Positions 31,299-41,537 of a stretch of 64,000 nucleotides of DNA are shown one piece after another. The position numbers were made by a program, and so were the translations under genes. The notes under the pieces were generated by a model. The model saw nothing but the letters and a program-made list of their open reading frames with translations. It did not search any database and had not been told where the DNA came from. Position 1 is the first letter of the stretch; every line of letters begins with the position of its first letter. Source of the DNA: Histomonas meleagridis 2922-C6/04-290x (Eukaryota > Protista > Parabasalia). The DNA lies in NCBI GenBank assembly GCA_020184695.1, contig JAANOX010000136.1:62001-126000 (forward strand), written 5' to 3'.

Positions 31299-34200
31299 AT
31301 GGAACAGAAAAACAATGAAAAAAAATTAAAAAATGCTTTAAAAATAACCATGGCAAAAAACAAAGAAATGGAAACAAACTTACAAAAATTGAATCAAGAA
31401 ATTGAAGAAAAAAACATGAAGATTACAATTTATGAAAAAATGATAAATGATTTTACTTTGGAAAAAGAAAATTCAAAAAAAGATCAAAAAGCTAGTAACG
31501 AATCATCAAATTCTGTCATTTCAAATGGGGAAGTTTTAAATGAAAAAGATCTTATTGAAAAAATTAATGCACTTACAGAAGAAAATAAAACGCTAGCACA
31601 AAAAGCAAATGATGCTGAGGAGCTTGCGGAAATTATCCAAGAAATCCAAAAAGACAATGAAAAAGTTATTTCTGAAAAAGATGATGAAATTCAACAGCTT
31701 AAAACCCAAATTGAAGAGAAAGAAAAAGAAATTGGAGTATTAATTGAAGAATTTGATAAAGTTCGACCAGCGAATGATTCAGCAAAACAAAATGAGAATG
31801 ATCAAATAACTGAAAACAAAATCAAAGAACTCGAAAAAGAAATAGAAGAGTTAAAATCAAGTAACAACAGACAAAATGAAGAAAATGAACAAATTATAAA
31901 CGATCTTAAAGAATATATTGAAGAACTTGAAAAAGATAAAGAAAATATGGAAGAGAATCAAGTAATTGCAGAATTAGAAAAAGAAAAAGAAGAGCTAAAA
32001 AAAGAAAATGAAGAACTAAAAGAAGCACTTGAAGAAAGTATGCAAAGCAAAGAACATGAAGAACAAAATGAAAATGAATTTATTGATAAAATAACTGAAT
32101 TAGAAAAAGAAAATGAAGAACTTAAATCCATTAAAACAACATTAGAAGAAAATATTCAAAATAAAGAACAAAATGAAAACGAATTTATTGATAAAATAAC
32201 TGAATTAGAGAAGGAAAATGAAGAACTTAAATCCATTAAAACAACATTAGAAGAAAATATTCAAAATAAAGAACAAAATAACAGCGAATATGATAATAAG
32301 ATAAATGAATTATTAAAAGAAAATGAAGAACTGAAATCCATTAAAATGCAACTTGAAGAGAATATGCAAAACAAGGAACAAAATGAAAATGAATTTATTG
32401 ATAAAATAAATGAATTAGAAAAAGAAAATGAAGAACTAAAATATATTAAAACAACATTAGAAGAAAATATTCAAAGCAAAGAACAAAATGAAAGTGAATT
32501 TAATAATAAAATTAAAGAATATGACAACAAAATCGAAGAACTTAAATCAATTAAACTGCAGCTTGAAGAAAGTATTCAAAGTAAAGAACAAAATGAAAAT
32601 GAAATTAATAATAAAATAAATGAATTAGAAAAAGAAAATGAAGAATTGAAATCAATTAAATTATCGCTTGAAGAAAGTATTCAAAGGAAAGAACAAAATG
32701 AAAATGAAATTAATAATAAGATAAATGAATTATTAAAAGAAAATGAAGATCTTAAATCTAATAAATTAATATTGGAAGAAAGAATTCAAAACAAAGAACA
32801 AAATGAAAATGAAATTAATAATAAAATAAATGAATTATTAAAAGAAAATGAAGAACTTAAATCTAATAAAGTACAACTTGAAGAGAATATACAAAGTAAA
32901 GAACAAAATGAAAATGAAATTAATAATAAAATAAATGAATTAGAAAAAGAAAATGAAGAATTGAAATCAATTAAAATACAACTTGAAGAGAATATACAAA
33001 GTAAAGAACAAAATGAAAATGAAATTAACAATAAAATAAATGAATTATTAAAAGAAAATGAAGATCTTAAATCTAATAAATTAACATTAGAAGAAAGTAT
33101 TCAAAACAAGGAACAAAATGAAAATGAAAATAACAATAAAATAAGCGAATTAGAAAAAGAAATTGAAGAACTTAAATCTATTAAAACAACATTAGAAGAA
33201 AGAATTCAAAATAAAGAACAAAATGAAAATGAAATTAATAATAAAATAAATGAATTAGAAAAGGAAATTGAAGAACTTAAATCTATCAAATCAACATTAG
33301 AAGAAAATATAAAATCTAAAGAACAAAATAACAACGAAAATAATGATAAAATAAATGAATTAGAAAACGAAATTGAAGAACTTAAACAAATTAAAGCATC
33401 GCTCGAAGAAAATATTCAAAGTAAAGAACAAAATAATAATCAAAATAACGATAAGATAAACGAATTAGAGAAGGAAAACGAAGAACTTAAATCTGTTAAA
33501 TCAATCTTAGAAGAAAATATTAAAGATAAAGAACAAAGTGAAAATGAATTTATTAATAAAATTAAAGAATATGAAAAAGAAATCGAAGAACTTAAAGCAA
33601 TTAAAACACAACTTGAAGAGAATATACAAAACAAAGAACAAAGTGAAAAAGAAAATTTGAGTAAGATAAATGAATTAGAAAAAGAAAACGAAGAAATAAA
33701 ATCTATCAAATCATCGCTAGAAGAAAGTATTCAAAATAAAGAACAAAGTGAAAATGAAATTAATAATAAAATAAATGAATTAGAAAAAGAAATTGAAGAG
33801 TTGAAATCTATCAAATCAGCATTGGAAGAAAATATACAAATTAAAGAACAAAATGAAAATGAACATAATGATAAAATAAATGAATTATTAAAAGAACTTG
33901 AAGAATTAAAATCACGCAAAACAATGTTAGAAGAAAATATACAAAACAAAGAACAAAATGAAAACGAATATAATAAAAAAATTAAAGAATATGAAAACGA
34001 AGTCGAAGAATTAAAATCGATCAAATCATCACTAGAAGAGAATATTCAAAATAATAAGCAAGTAGAGCTAGAGAATAATAAGAGAATTATAGAATTAGAA
34101 AAAGAAAACGAAGAACTTAAGTCGATTAAATCAACGTTAGAAGAGAATATTCAAAATAAAGAACAAAACGAAAGTGAATATAATAATAAAATTAAAGAAT

Positions 34201-37200
34201 ATGAAAATGAAATCGAAGAACTTAAAACAATTAAATTACAACTTGAGGAGAATATCCAAAATAAGGAACAAAATTCCAATGAAAACTTAAATAAGATAAA
34301 TGAATATGAAAAAGAAATCGAAGAACTAAAATCAAATCAAGCACAACTTGAAGAGAATATACAAAACAAAGAACAAAGTGAAAAAGAAAATTTGAGTAAG
34401 ATAAATGAATTAGAAAAAGAAAACGAAGAACTTAAGTGGATTAAATCAACGTTAGAAGAGAATATACAAAATAAAGAACAAAATGAAAATGAAAATAATA
34501 ATAAAATTAAAGAATATGAAAATGAAATCGAAAAACTTAAAACAATTAAATTACAACTTGAGGAGAATATCCAAAATAAAGAACAAAACGAAAGTGAATA
34601 TAATAATAAAATTAAAGAATATGAAAACAAAATCGAAGAACTTAAAACAATTAAATTACAACTTGAAGAAAACATTCAAAATAAAGAACAAAATTCCAAT
34701 GAAAATATGAAAAAGATAAATGAATATGAAAAAGAAATCGAAGAGTTGAAATCTATCAAATCAGCGTTAGAAGAAAATATACAAATTAAAGAGCAAAACG
34801 AAAATGAACATAATGATAAAATAAATGAATTATTAAAAGAACTTGAAGAATTAAAATCACACAAAACAACGTTAGAAGAAAATATACAAAACAAAGAACA
34901 AAATGAAAACGAATATAATAAAAAAATTAAAGAATATGAAAGCGAAGTTGAAGAATTAAAATCGATTAAATCATCACTAGAAGAGAATATCCAAAATAAA
35001 GAACAAAATATTCATGAAAACTTAAGCAAAATAAATGAATTAGAAAAAGAAAATGAAGAATTAAAAACTCTTAGAACACAACTTGAAGAAAGCATTCAAG
35101 ATAAAGAGCAAAACGAAAATGAATATAATGATAAAATTAAAGAATTATCAAAAGAACTTGAAGAATTAAAATCAAGCAAAACAACGTTAGAAGAAAGAAT
35201 ACAAAACAAAGAACAAAGCGAAAACGAATTTATTAATAAAATAACTGAAATAGAAAAAGAAAACGAAGAACTGAAATCAATTAAATCATCTTTAGAAGAA
35301 AGTATTCAAAAGAAAGAACAAAGTGAAGACGAATATAATAATAAAATTAAAGAATATGAAAGCGAAGTAGAAGAACTTAAAGCAATCAAAACACAACTCG
35401 AAGAAAGTATTCAAAACAAAGAACAAAATGAAAATGAATTTATTAATAAAATAACTGAAATAGAAAAAGAAAATGAAGAATTAAAATCTATTAAAGCAAC
35501 ATTAGAAGAAAATATTCAAAACAAGGAACAAAATGAAAATGAAAATAACAATAAAATAAGCGAATTAGAAAAAGAAATTGAAGAACTTAAATCTATTAAA
35601 ACAACATTGGAAGAAAGAATTCAAAATAAAGAACAAAATGAAAATGAAATTAATAATAAAATAAATGAATTAGAAAACGAAATTGAACAATTGAAATCAA
35701 TTAAAATGCAACTTGAAGAGAATATTCAAAATAAAGAACAAAATGAAAATGAAAACAACAACAAAATAAGCGAATTAGAAAAAGAAATTGAAAAACTTAA
35801 ATCTATTAAAACAACATTAGAAGAAAGAATTCAAAACAAGGAACAAAATGAAAATGAAATTAATAATAAAATAAATGAATTATTAAAAGAAAATGAAGAA
35901 CTTAAATCTAATAAAGTACAACTTGAAGAGAATATACAAAATAAAGAACAAAATGAAAACGAAAATAATAATAAAATAAGCGAATTAGAAAAAGAAATTG
36001 AAGGACTTAAATCTAATAAATTAACATTAGAAGAAAGAATTCAAAACAAAGAACAAAATGAAAATGAATTCAACAATAAAATAAATGAATTAGAAAAGGA
36101 AAATGAAGAACTTAAATCTATCAAATCAACATTAGAAGAAAACATAAAATCTAAAGAGAAAAATGAAGTTGAATGTAATAATCGAATTAAAGAATATGAA
36201 AACGAAATTGAAGAACTTAAATCGATTAAATCAGAATTAGAAGAAAACATAAAATCTAAAGAACAAAATAACAACGAAAATAAAGATAAAATAAATGAAT
36301 TATTAAAAGAAAACGAAGAATTTAAAGTAATTAAAGTAAAACTCGAAAAAGAAAACAAAGAAAATCAAGAAATGATAAAAGATATGGAAGAAAAGTATAA
36401 TAATGAAAAGGAAACATTACTTCAAAAAGCTCGAAATTCTATTCAGAAACTTAAGAATGAACTTGAAAATATTACACAAGAAAACACGCATAAAAATGAA
36501 GAAATATCACGATTAGAAAAAGTTACAGAAGAAACACAACAAAAATATAAAGAACAAATAAATAAAACATCAAAAGAAAACGAAGAACTAAAAGTAATTA
36601 ATGCAAAACTCGAAAAAGAAAACAAAGAAAATCAAGAATTAGCAAAAACAATGCAAGAAAAACTTAATAATGAAAAGGAAACTATACTTCAAAAAGCAAG
36701 AAATTCTATTCAGAAACTTAAAAATGAAAATGAAAATATAACAAAAGAAAATGAACAACTTAAATCAATTAAATCAACATTGGAAGAGAGCATACAAATT
36801 AAAGATAAAAGCATAAATGAAAATAATAATAAACTTAAAGAATATGAAAAAGAAATAGAAGAATTAAAGACAATAAAAACAAAACTTGAAAAAGAAGTTG
36901 AAGAAAAACAAAACAAAGAACATTCAAATCAAGAATTAATGAAAACAATGCAAGAAAAGTTTAATAATGAAAAAGAAACATTACTGCAAAAAGCGCGAAA
37001 TTCTATTCAGAAACTTAAGAATGAACTTGAAAATATAACACAAGAAAACACACATAAAAATGAAGAAATTCAGCAAAAGTATAATGAGCAAATAAACAAA
37101 ATGTCAAAAGAAATCGAAGAATTAAAAACAGTTAAATTAGCATTGGAAGAGAACATAAAATCTAAAGAGAAAAATATAAATGAAAACAACAATAGAATTA

Positions 37201-39056
37201 AAGAATATGAAAACGAAAATGAAGAACTAAAATCAATTAAAGTAAAACTTGAAAAGGAAAACAAAGAAAATCAAGAAATGATAAAAGATATGGAAGAAAA
37301 GTTTAATAATGAAAAAGAAACATTACTTCAAAAAGCGCGAAATTCTATTCAGAAACTTAAGAATGAACTTGAAAATATTACACAAGAAAACACACATAAA
37401 AATGAAGAAATGCAGCAAAAGTACAATGAGCAAATAAACAAAATGTCAAAAGAAATCGAAGAATTAGAAACAGTTAAATTAGCATTGGAAGAGAACGTAC
37501 AATCTAAAGAACAAACCAACAACGAAAATAAAGATAAAATAAATGAATTATTAAAAGAAAACGAAGAACTTAAAGAAATTAAAGCAAAACTTGAACAAGA
37601 AAACAAAGAAAATCAAGAAATGATAAAAGATATGGAAGAAAAGTATAATAATGAAAAAGAAACATTACTTCAAAAAGCTCGAAATTCTATTCAGAAACTT
37701 AAGAATGAACTTGAAAATATTACACAAGAAAACACGCATAAAAATGAAGAAATATCACGATTAGAAAAAGTTACAGAAGAAACGCAACAAAAATATAATG
37801 AACAAATTAGTAAATATGAAAACGAAATTAAAGAATTAAAATCAATTAAATTAACATTAGAAAATAATATTCAAAACAAAGAACAAAATGAAAATGAAAT
37901 TAATAATAAAATAAATGAATTAGAAAAGGAAAATGAAGAACTTAAATCGATTAAATCAACATTAGAAGAAAACATAAAATCTAAAGAGAAAAATAACGAC
38001 GAAAATAAAGATAAAATAAATGAATTATTAAAAGAAAATGAAGAATTTAAAGTAATTAAAGTAAAACTTGAACAAGAAAACAAAGAAAATCAAGAAATGA
38101 TAAAAGATATGGAAGAAAAGTATAATAATGAAAAGGAAACATTACTTCAAAAAGCTCGAAATTCTATTCAGAAACTTAAGAATGAACTTGAAAATATTAC
38201 ACAAGAAAACACACATAAAAATGAAGAAATATCACGATTAGAAAAAGTTACAGAAGAAACACAACAAAAATACAACGAACAAATCAACAAAATATTGAAA
38301 GAAAACGAAGAACTAAAATCAATTAAAACAAAACTCGAAACAAAAAATTCAAATCAAGACTTAATACAGACACTTCAAGACAAAGTCATTGCGCTCACAA
38401 AGGCAAACGATTTACTTACGCAATCCAACAATTCCCTCAACGAGCAAATCGCCAAAGGAAACACAACAAAAGCACAACAGGAAACACAGTTAACTGCACT
38501 TACACATCTAATTCAAGACATTGCTTCTGTCTTAGGCAACAACAATTCCATCTTCAGTAATGCCGAATCAATTATATCCAAACGCGACACGATTTATTCG
38601 AACGTCATTGAGCTTAAGAACAATGCGTCACAACTCGAAGCAAAGGATATAATAATACAACAAATGAACGATATGAAAGATAAACTTATCGAAGAAAATA
38701 AAGTAATTCTTCTTCGAAATAAACAACTTCAAAAGGAAAATAATTCACTTCTTTCACAAGCACATGATTTAGGAAAGCAAGAAAATGTAAAAGATGAAAT
38801 TGATGAACTAAAAAGATCAAATAATTCATTAAAGTTAGAAATACAAGCATTAAAAGAAGAAAAAACAAATCGAAATTATTTGAAATCGGTGTTATTGCAA
38901 TTCTTTACAAGAGACACAGAGACACAGGAACAATTAATTCCCGTGATCCTCAATGTAATCGGTTGCAACCAGAACGAAGTAAATAAGTCAGTAATGAAAT
39001 GGAAACAAATGCACCAAAACAAACTCATTTCGCTATTTATGAAAGATAGCACATAA
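31299..39056 (+). CDS. Giant coiled-coil golgin with C-terminal GRIP domain (2585 aa)
   Basis: E/K/N-rich heptad repeats. The C-terminal NYLKSVLLQFF...EQLIPVILNVIGC matches the GRIP consensus. Confidence 0.85.
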   Translation: MEQKNNEKKLKNALKITMAKNKEMETNLQKLNQEIEEKNMKITIYEKMINDFTLEKENSKKDQKASNESSNSVISNGEVLNEKDLIEKINALTEENKTLAQKANDAEELAEIIQEIQKDNEKVISEKDDEIQQLKTQIEEKEKEIGVLIEEFDKVRPANDSAKQNENDQITENKIKELEKEIEELKSSNNRQNEENEQIINDLKEYIEELEKDKENMEENQVIAELEKEKEELKKENEELKEALEESMQSKEHEEQNENEFIDKITELEKENEELKSIKTTLEENIQNKEQNENEFIDKITELEKENEELKSIKTTLEENIQNKEQNNSEYDNKINELLKENEELKSIKMQLEENMQNKEQNENEFIDKINELEKENEELKYIKTTLEENIQSKEQNESEFNNKIKEYDNKIEELKSIKLQLEESIQSKEQNENEINNKINELEKENEELKSIKLSLEESIQRKEQNENEINNKINELLKENEDLKSNKLILEERIQNKEQNENEINNKINELLKENEELKSNKVQLEENIQSKEQNENEINNKINELEKENEELKSIKIQLEENIQSKEQNENEINNKINELLKENEDLKSNKLTLEESIQNKEQNENENNNKISELEKEIEELKSIKTTLEERIQNKEQNENEINNKINELEKEIEELKSIKSTLEENIKSKEQNNNENNDKINELENEIEELKQIKASLEENIQSKEQNNNQNNDKINELEKENEELKSVKSILEENIKDKEQSENEFINKIKEYEKEIEELKAIKTQLEENIQNKEQSEKENLSKINELEKENEEIKSIKSSLEESIQNKEQSENEINNKINELEKEIEELKSIKSALEENIQIKEQNENEHNDKINELLKELEELKSRKTMLEENIQNKEQNENEYNKKIKEYENEVEELKSIKSSLEENIQNNKQVELENNKRIIELEKENEELKSIKSTLEENIQNKEQNESEYNNKIKEYENEIEELKTIKLQLEENIQNKEQNSNENLNKINEYEKEIEELKSNQAQLEENIQNKEQSEKENLSKINELEKENEELKWIKSTLEENIQNKEQNENENNNKIKEYENEIEKLKTIKLQLEENIQNKEQNESEYNNKIKEYENKIEELKTIKLQLEENIQNKEQNSNENMKKINEYEKEIEELKSIKSALEENIQIKEQNENEHNDKINELLKELEELKSHKTTLEENIQNKEQNENEYNKKIKEYESEVEELKSIKSSLEENIQNKEQNIHENLSKINELEKENEELKTLRTQLEESIQDKEQNENEYNDKIKELSKELEELKSSKTTLEERIQNKEQSENEFINKITEIEKENEELKSIKSSLEESIQKKEQSEDEYNNKIKEYESEVEELKAIKTQLEESIQNKEQNENEFINKITEIEKENEELKSIKATLEENIQNKEQNENENNNKISELEKEIEELKSIKTTLEERIQNKEQNENEINNKINELENEIEQLKSIKMQLEENIQNKEQNENENNNKISELEKEIEKLKSIKTTLEERIQNKEQNENEINNKINELLKENEELKSNKVQLEENIQNKEQNENENNNKISELEKEIEGLKSNKLTLEERIQNKEQNENEFNNKINELEKENEELKSIKSTLEENIKSKEKNEVECNNRIKEYENEIEELKSIKSELEENIKSKEQNNNENKDKINELLKENEEFKVIKVKLEKENKENQEMIKDMEEKYNNEKETLLQKARNSIQKLKNELENITQENTHKNEEISRLEKVTEETQQKYKEQINKTSKENEELKVINAKLEKENKENQELAKTMQEKLNNEKETILQKARNSIQKLKNENENITKENEQLKSIKSTLEESIQIKDKSINENNNKLKEYEKEIEELKTIKTKLEKEVEEKQNKEHSNQELMKTMQEKFNNEKETLLQKARNSIQKLKNELENITQENTHKNEEIQQKYNEQINKMSKEIEELKTVKLALEENIKSKEKNINENNNRIKEYENENEELKSIKVKLEKENKENQEMIKDMEEKFNNEKETLLQKARNSIQKLKNELENITQENTHKNEEMQQKYNEQINKMSKEIEELETVKLALEENVQSKEQTNNENKDKINELLKENEELKEIKAKLEQENKENQEMIKDMEEKYNNEKETLLQKARNSIQKLKNELENITQENTHKNEEISRLEKVTEETQQKYNEQISKYENEIKELKSIKLTLENNIQNKEQNENEINNKINELEKENEELKSIKSTLEENIKSKEKNNDENKDKINELLKENEEFKVIKVKLEQENKENQEMIKDMEEKYNNEKETLLQKARNSIQKLKNELENITQENTHKNEEISRLEKVTEETQQKYNEQINKILKENEELKSIKTKLETKNSNQDLIQTLQDKVIALTKANDLLTQSNNSLNEQIAKGNTTKAQQETQLTALTHLIQDIASVLGNNNSIFSNAESIISKRDTIYSNVIELKNNASQLEAKDIIIQQMNDMKDKLIEENKVILLRNKQLQKENNSLLSQAHDLGKQENVKDEIDELKRSNNSLKLEIQALKEEKTNRNYLKSVLLQFFTRDTETQEQLIPVILNVIGCNQNEVNKSVMKWKQMHQNKLISLFMKDST
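32060..38300 (+). repeat. Intragenic 105-nt (35-aa, five-heptad) tandem repeats followed by six LLQKARNSIQKLKNE modules
   Basis: Unit KEQNENEINNKINELEKENEELKSIKTTLEENIQN occurs roughly 40 times (about 32060-36300). A longer module then repeats six times to about 38200. Boundaries are approximate. Confidence 0.9.
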
Positions 39057-39655
39057 AATGAGATTTATTAATAAAAATAAAACTATTTTTGTATATTCTA
39101 TTTTGATCTTGTTGTAAGAATTGCTAAAGTTGTTCCGACTCTTGGAGATGTCCCTTCGGAAATTTTAGAACAATTAAAATATCCAAAAACATTTTTATTA
39201 CTATTATGTCGAGAGCTGGAATATTTCAAAAAAAAATTTTATCATGATTTTTCGAAAATTCTCATTAATATATAAGTTTAAAAGATGAATTAATATGGGG
39301 TTGATATTGGCAGTTTTATAAAAAAGTAAATACATGATTGAAAAAAATTACTACAAAATCAAAGAAAGTTCGTCTGACTTTAGATATAGTAAATTATATT
39401 TGGCTTAAAATTATGAAAATATAACATATAAATTTAAAATTGTTTATATTATGACTTAAATATAAGCAAATATAAAATTCAAAGATCCTGCTGTGGGAAT
39501 TGATTCTGAGAAGAACGTTTATCTAATTTAATAACTTTACTCGATTCAATTTTCAATTAGTATTTAGTCGATACCATTTTGAGTTGCTTTATACAAAAAG
39601 TGACTCTAGTCGAACAAAGCTTTTGAATTGAAAGGGTTCGTTCAATCTTAAACCC

Positions 39656-41338
39656 ATGGAAAGACTTTTCTCAATTCTGGGTATAAGAGACACTCCACAA
39701 AGGAGAGATATGGCCCAGAGAATTCTGAAGTGGTCGTTGATATTTGTTGGTATTTGTACAATAATTCAACTTTCTCAACCTGATCATCCTCAATTTTCAA
39801 TTTTGTTTCCATTTAAAGCAACTTTCAAAACAATATACACCATGTTTTCTGCTACATTTGGTTTTATTGGAAGATTTTTACATTCATCTACAGAAATTGT
39901 TGGATCAATTGAAGGCGTTTTCCAAGCCTTTGCTCGATTTTTCAAATTCATTTTTGGTGATTTCTATACTTTGATTCAATCTGCTTTTGATCTTATCAAA
40001 GCTATAGTTACAATTCCAATTGATTTTATTGTTGATTTTTCTGCTGCCTTTGATAGACTTATGTCTATGTTCACCAAATTTTTCAAGGCAATTCTTATTA
40101 CTCTTTACTCTACAGCCAAAAAAGTTATACTTCCAATTTGGAATATAATTAAAAGGTTTTTACGATTCCCCATCAAACTTCTTAAAACTCTTTTTATTCA
40201 AGCCAAATATATTGTCAGGTCCTCTTTCCAACATCTTAAAGAAGTCTCAAAGAAAAGTGTAATTCTTTTAAAGAAATTTGTTACTGTTATTTCACATCTT
40301 TCCTTCACCACGATTTTTGACGTTATGAAGACGCCATTTATCTTTCTTTATGACCTCATCCAGAAGATTATTTCTCATATTCCATTTATGGATGCCATCA
40401 AATCATTTATTTCAATGGTATTCAGGGCACCCTATTTAATCCTTCGAATGCTTGGCACTTTTCTCAAAACTGTCGTCGTCACTTTTTACTCTTATTTTGT
40501 TAAATCTATTTCTGCAATTGGTATCATATTAAATGAATTAGGTATTGCTATGTTTGATTATCTTTCATTACTTGGTGATTTACCCGAATTTGTTAATAAG
40601 ACAAATGATTATATTAAACGAGCATTACTTTTTATTTGGGTAATTCTCAAGCCAATTGTTATATTACCATGGCGCGCCATAGTATATATTTCCAAACTCT
40701 TTAAAATTGCGTTTAAACATATCATTAAACTCTTTGTCACAATATCCACACGAATTTATTCATATATATTACGAGTTATACATTTCATTGACTTCAGTAA
40801 ATTACGATTTTTAATTGAAATAATTAAAAAGCCAATAAAATCAATTGTTAACACAATACATAAAGTAATTAAACAAATTAATGTCGAACGTATTAAGTCG
40901 ATACTTTTAATTCCAATTAAATCTCTTCGTTATCTAATAAATAACTTATATCATCTGAAGCAATTACCACAAATTATAGCGAAATTTGTTATTAAGACAA
41001 TTAATGGAATAATATTTATAATCCGTTCAATTGTTAATGGAATTGTTCGATTCATATTGAAGCCAATCCATTCATTCTTCATGTTCATACTCGACTTACT
41101 CGATAAATTGTCGAAGGTTCCAATCGCTGGTTACGTTGCGCACATATTAAAGTTGTCATTGTATTTGCCGGTTTGGTTAATTTCATTCGTGTTAAGGACT
41201 GTGTATTACTTCTTAACTGCTTTGATGAACTTGTTCTCGAATGACGTACGGTTCAGGAATGTTTCCGATATGTGGAGTAATGCATGTTGGCCAAAGGATT
41301 CGGAATATTGCCAAAGGATGTTATCACAAAAAATGTAA
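39656..41338 (+). CDS. Hypothetical hydrophobic amphipathic-helix protein, 560 aa
   Basis: Long ORF rich in I/L/F/K with helical periodicity and an N-terminal TM-like segment. Confidence 0.7.
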   Translation: MERLFSILGIRDTPQRRDMAQRILKWSLIFVGICTIIQLSQPDHPQFSILFPFKATFKTIYTMFSATFGFIGRFLHSSTEIVGSIEGVFQAFARFFKFIFGDFYTLIQSAFDLIKAIVTIPIDFIVDFSAAFDRLMSMFTKFFKAILITLYSTAKKVILPIWNIIKRFLRFPIKLLKTLFIQAKYIVRSSFQHLKEVSKKSVILLKKFVTVISHLSFTTIFDVMKTPFIFLYDLIQKIISHIPFMDAIKSFISMVFRAPYLILRMLGTFLKTVVVTFYSYFVKSISAIGIILNELGIAMFDYLSLLGDLPEFVNKTNDYIKRALLFIWVILKPIVILPWRAIVYISKLFKIAFKHIIKLFVTISTRIYSYILRVIHFIDFSKLRFLIEIIKKPIKSIVNTIHKVIKQINVERIKSILLIPIKSLRYLINNLYHLKQLPQIIAKFVIKTINGIIFIIRSIVNGIVRFILKPIHSFFMFILDLLDKLSKVPIAGYVAHILKLSLYLPVWLISFVLRTVYYFLTALMNLFSNDVRFRNVSDMWSNACWPKDSEYCQRMLSQKM

Positions 41339-41413
41339 TTTTTATATTATGAAATTTGTAAAATAAAGAATAAAATGTTTTTTATTTTTAATGTAAGAGC
41401 TAAATACCTATAG

Positions 41414-41526
41414 AACGATAGGCAAATTAAAAACTGTTTCCCACAGAAAAAACTATCGTAATTCTGAAATTCCTATCGATTGGTAATAAATTTGACCCGC
41501 CCCGAGAAATGAACGATAGGCAAATT
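41414..41526. promoter_or_regulatory. Inverted-repeat element AACGATAGGCAAATT...AAATTCCTATCG plus a further AACGATAGGCAAATT just upstream of ATG 41538
   Basis: Direct reading. Homologous to 17470-17545. Function is inferred only. Confidence 0.5.
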
Positions 41527-41537
41527 CGTTTGAAGTG

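Noticed and set aside
32786-38083. Many Ser/Phe/Leu-rich minus-strand ORFs
   Set aside because: Reverse-complement shadows of the E/K/N-rich golgin repeat.
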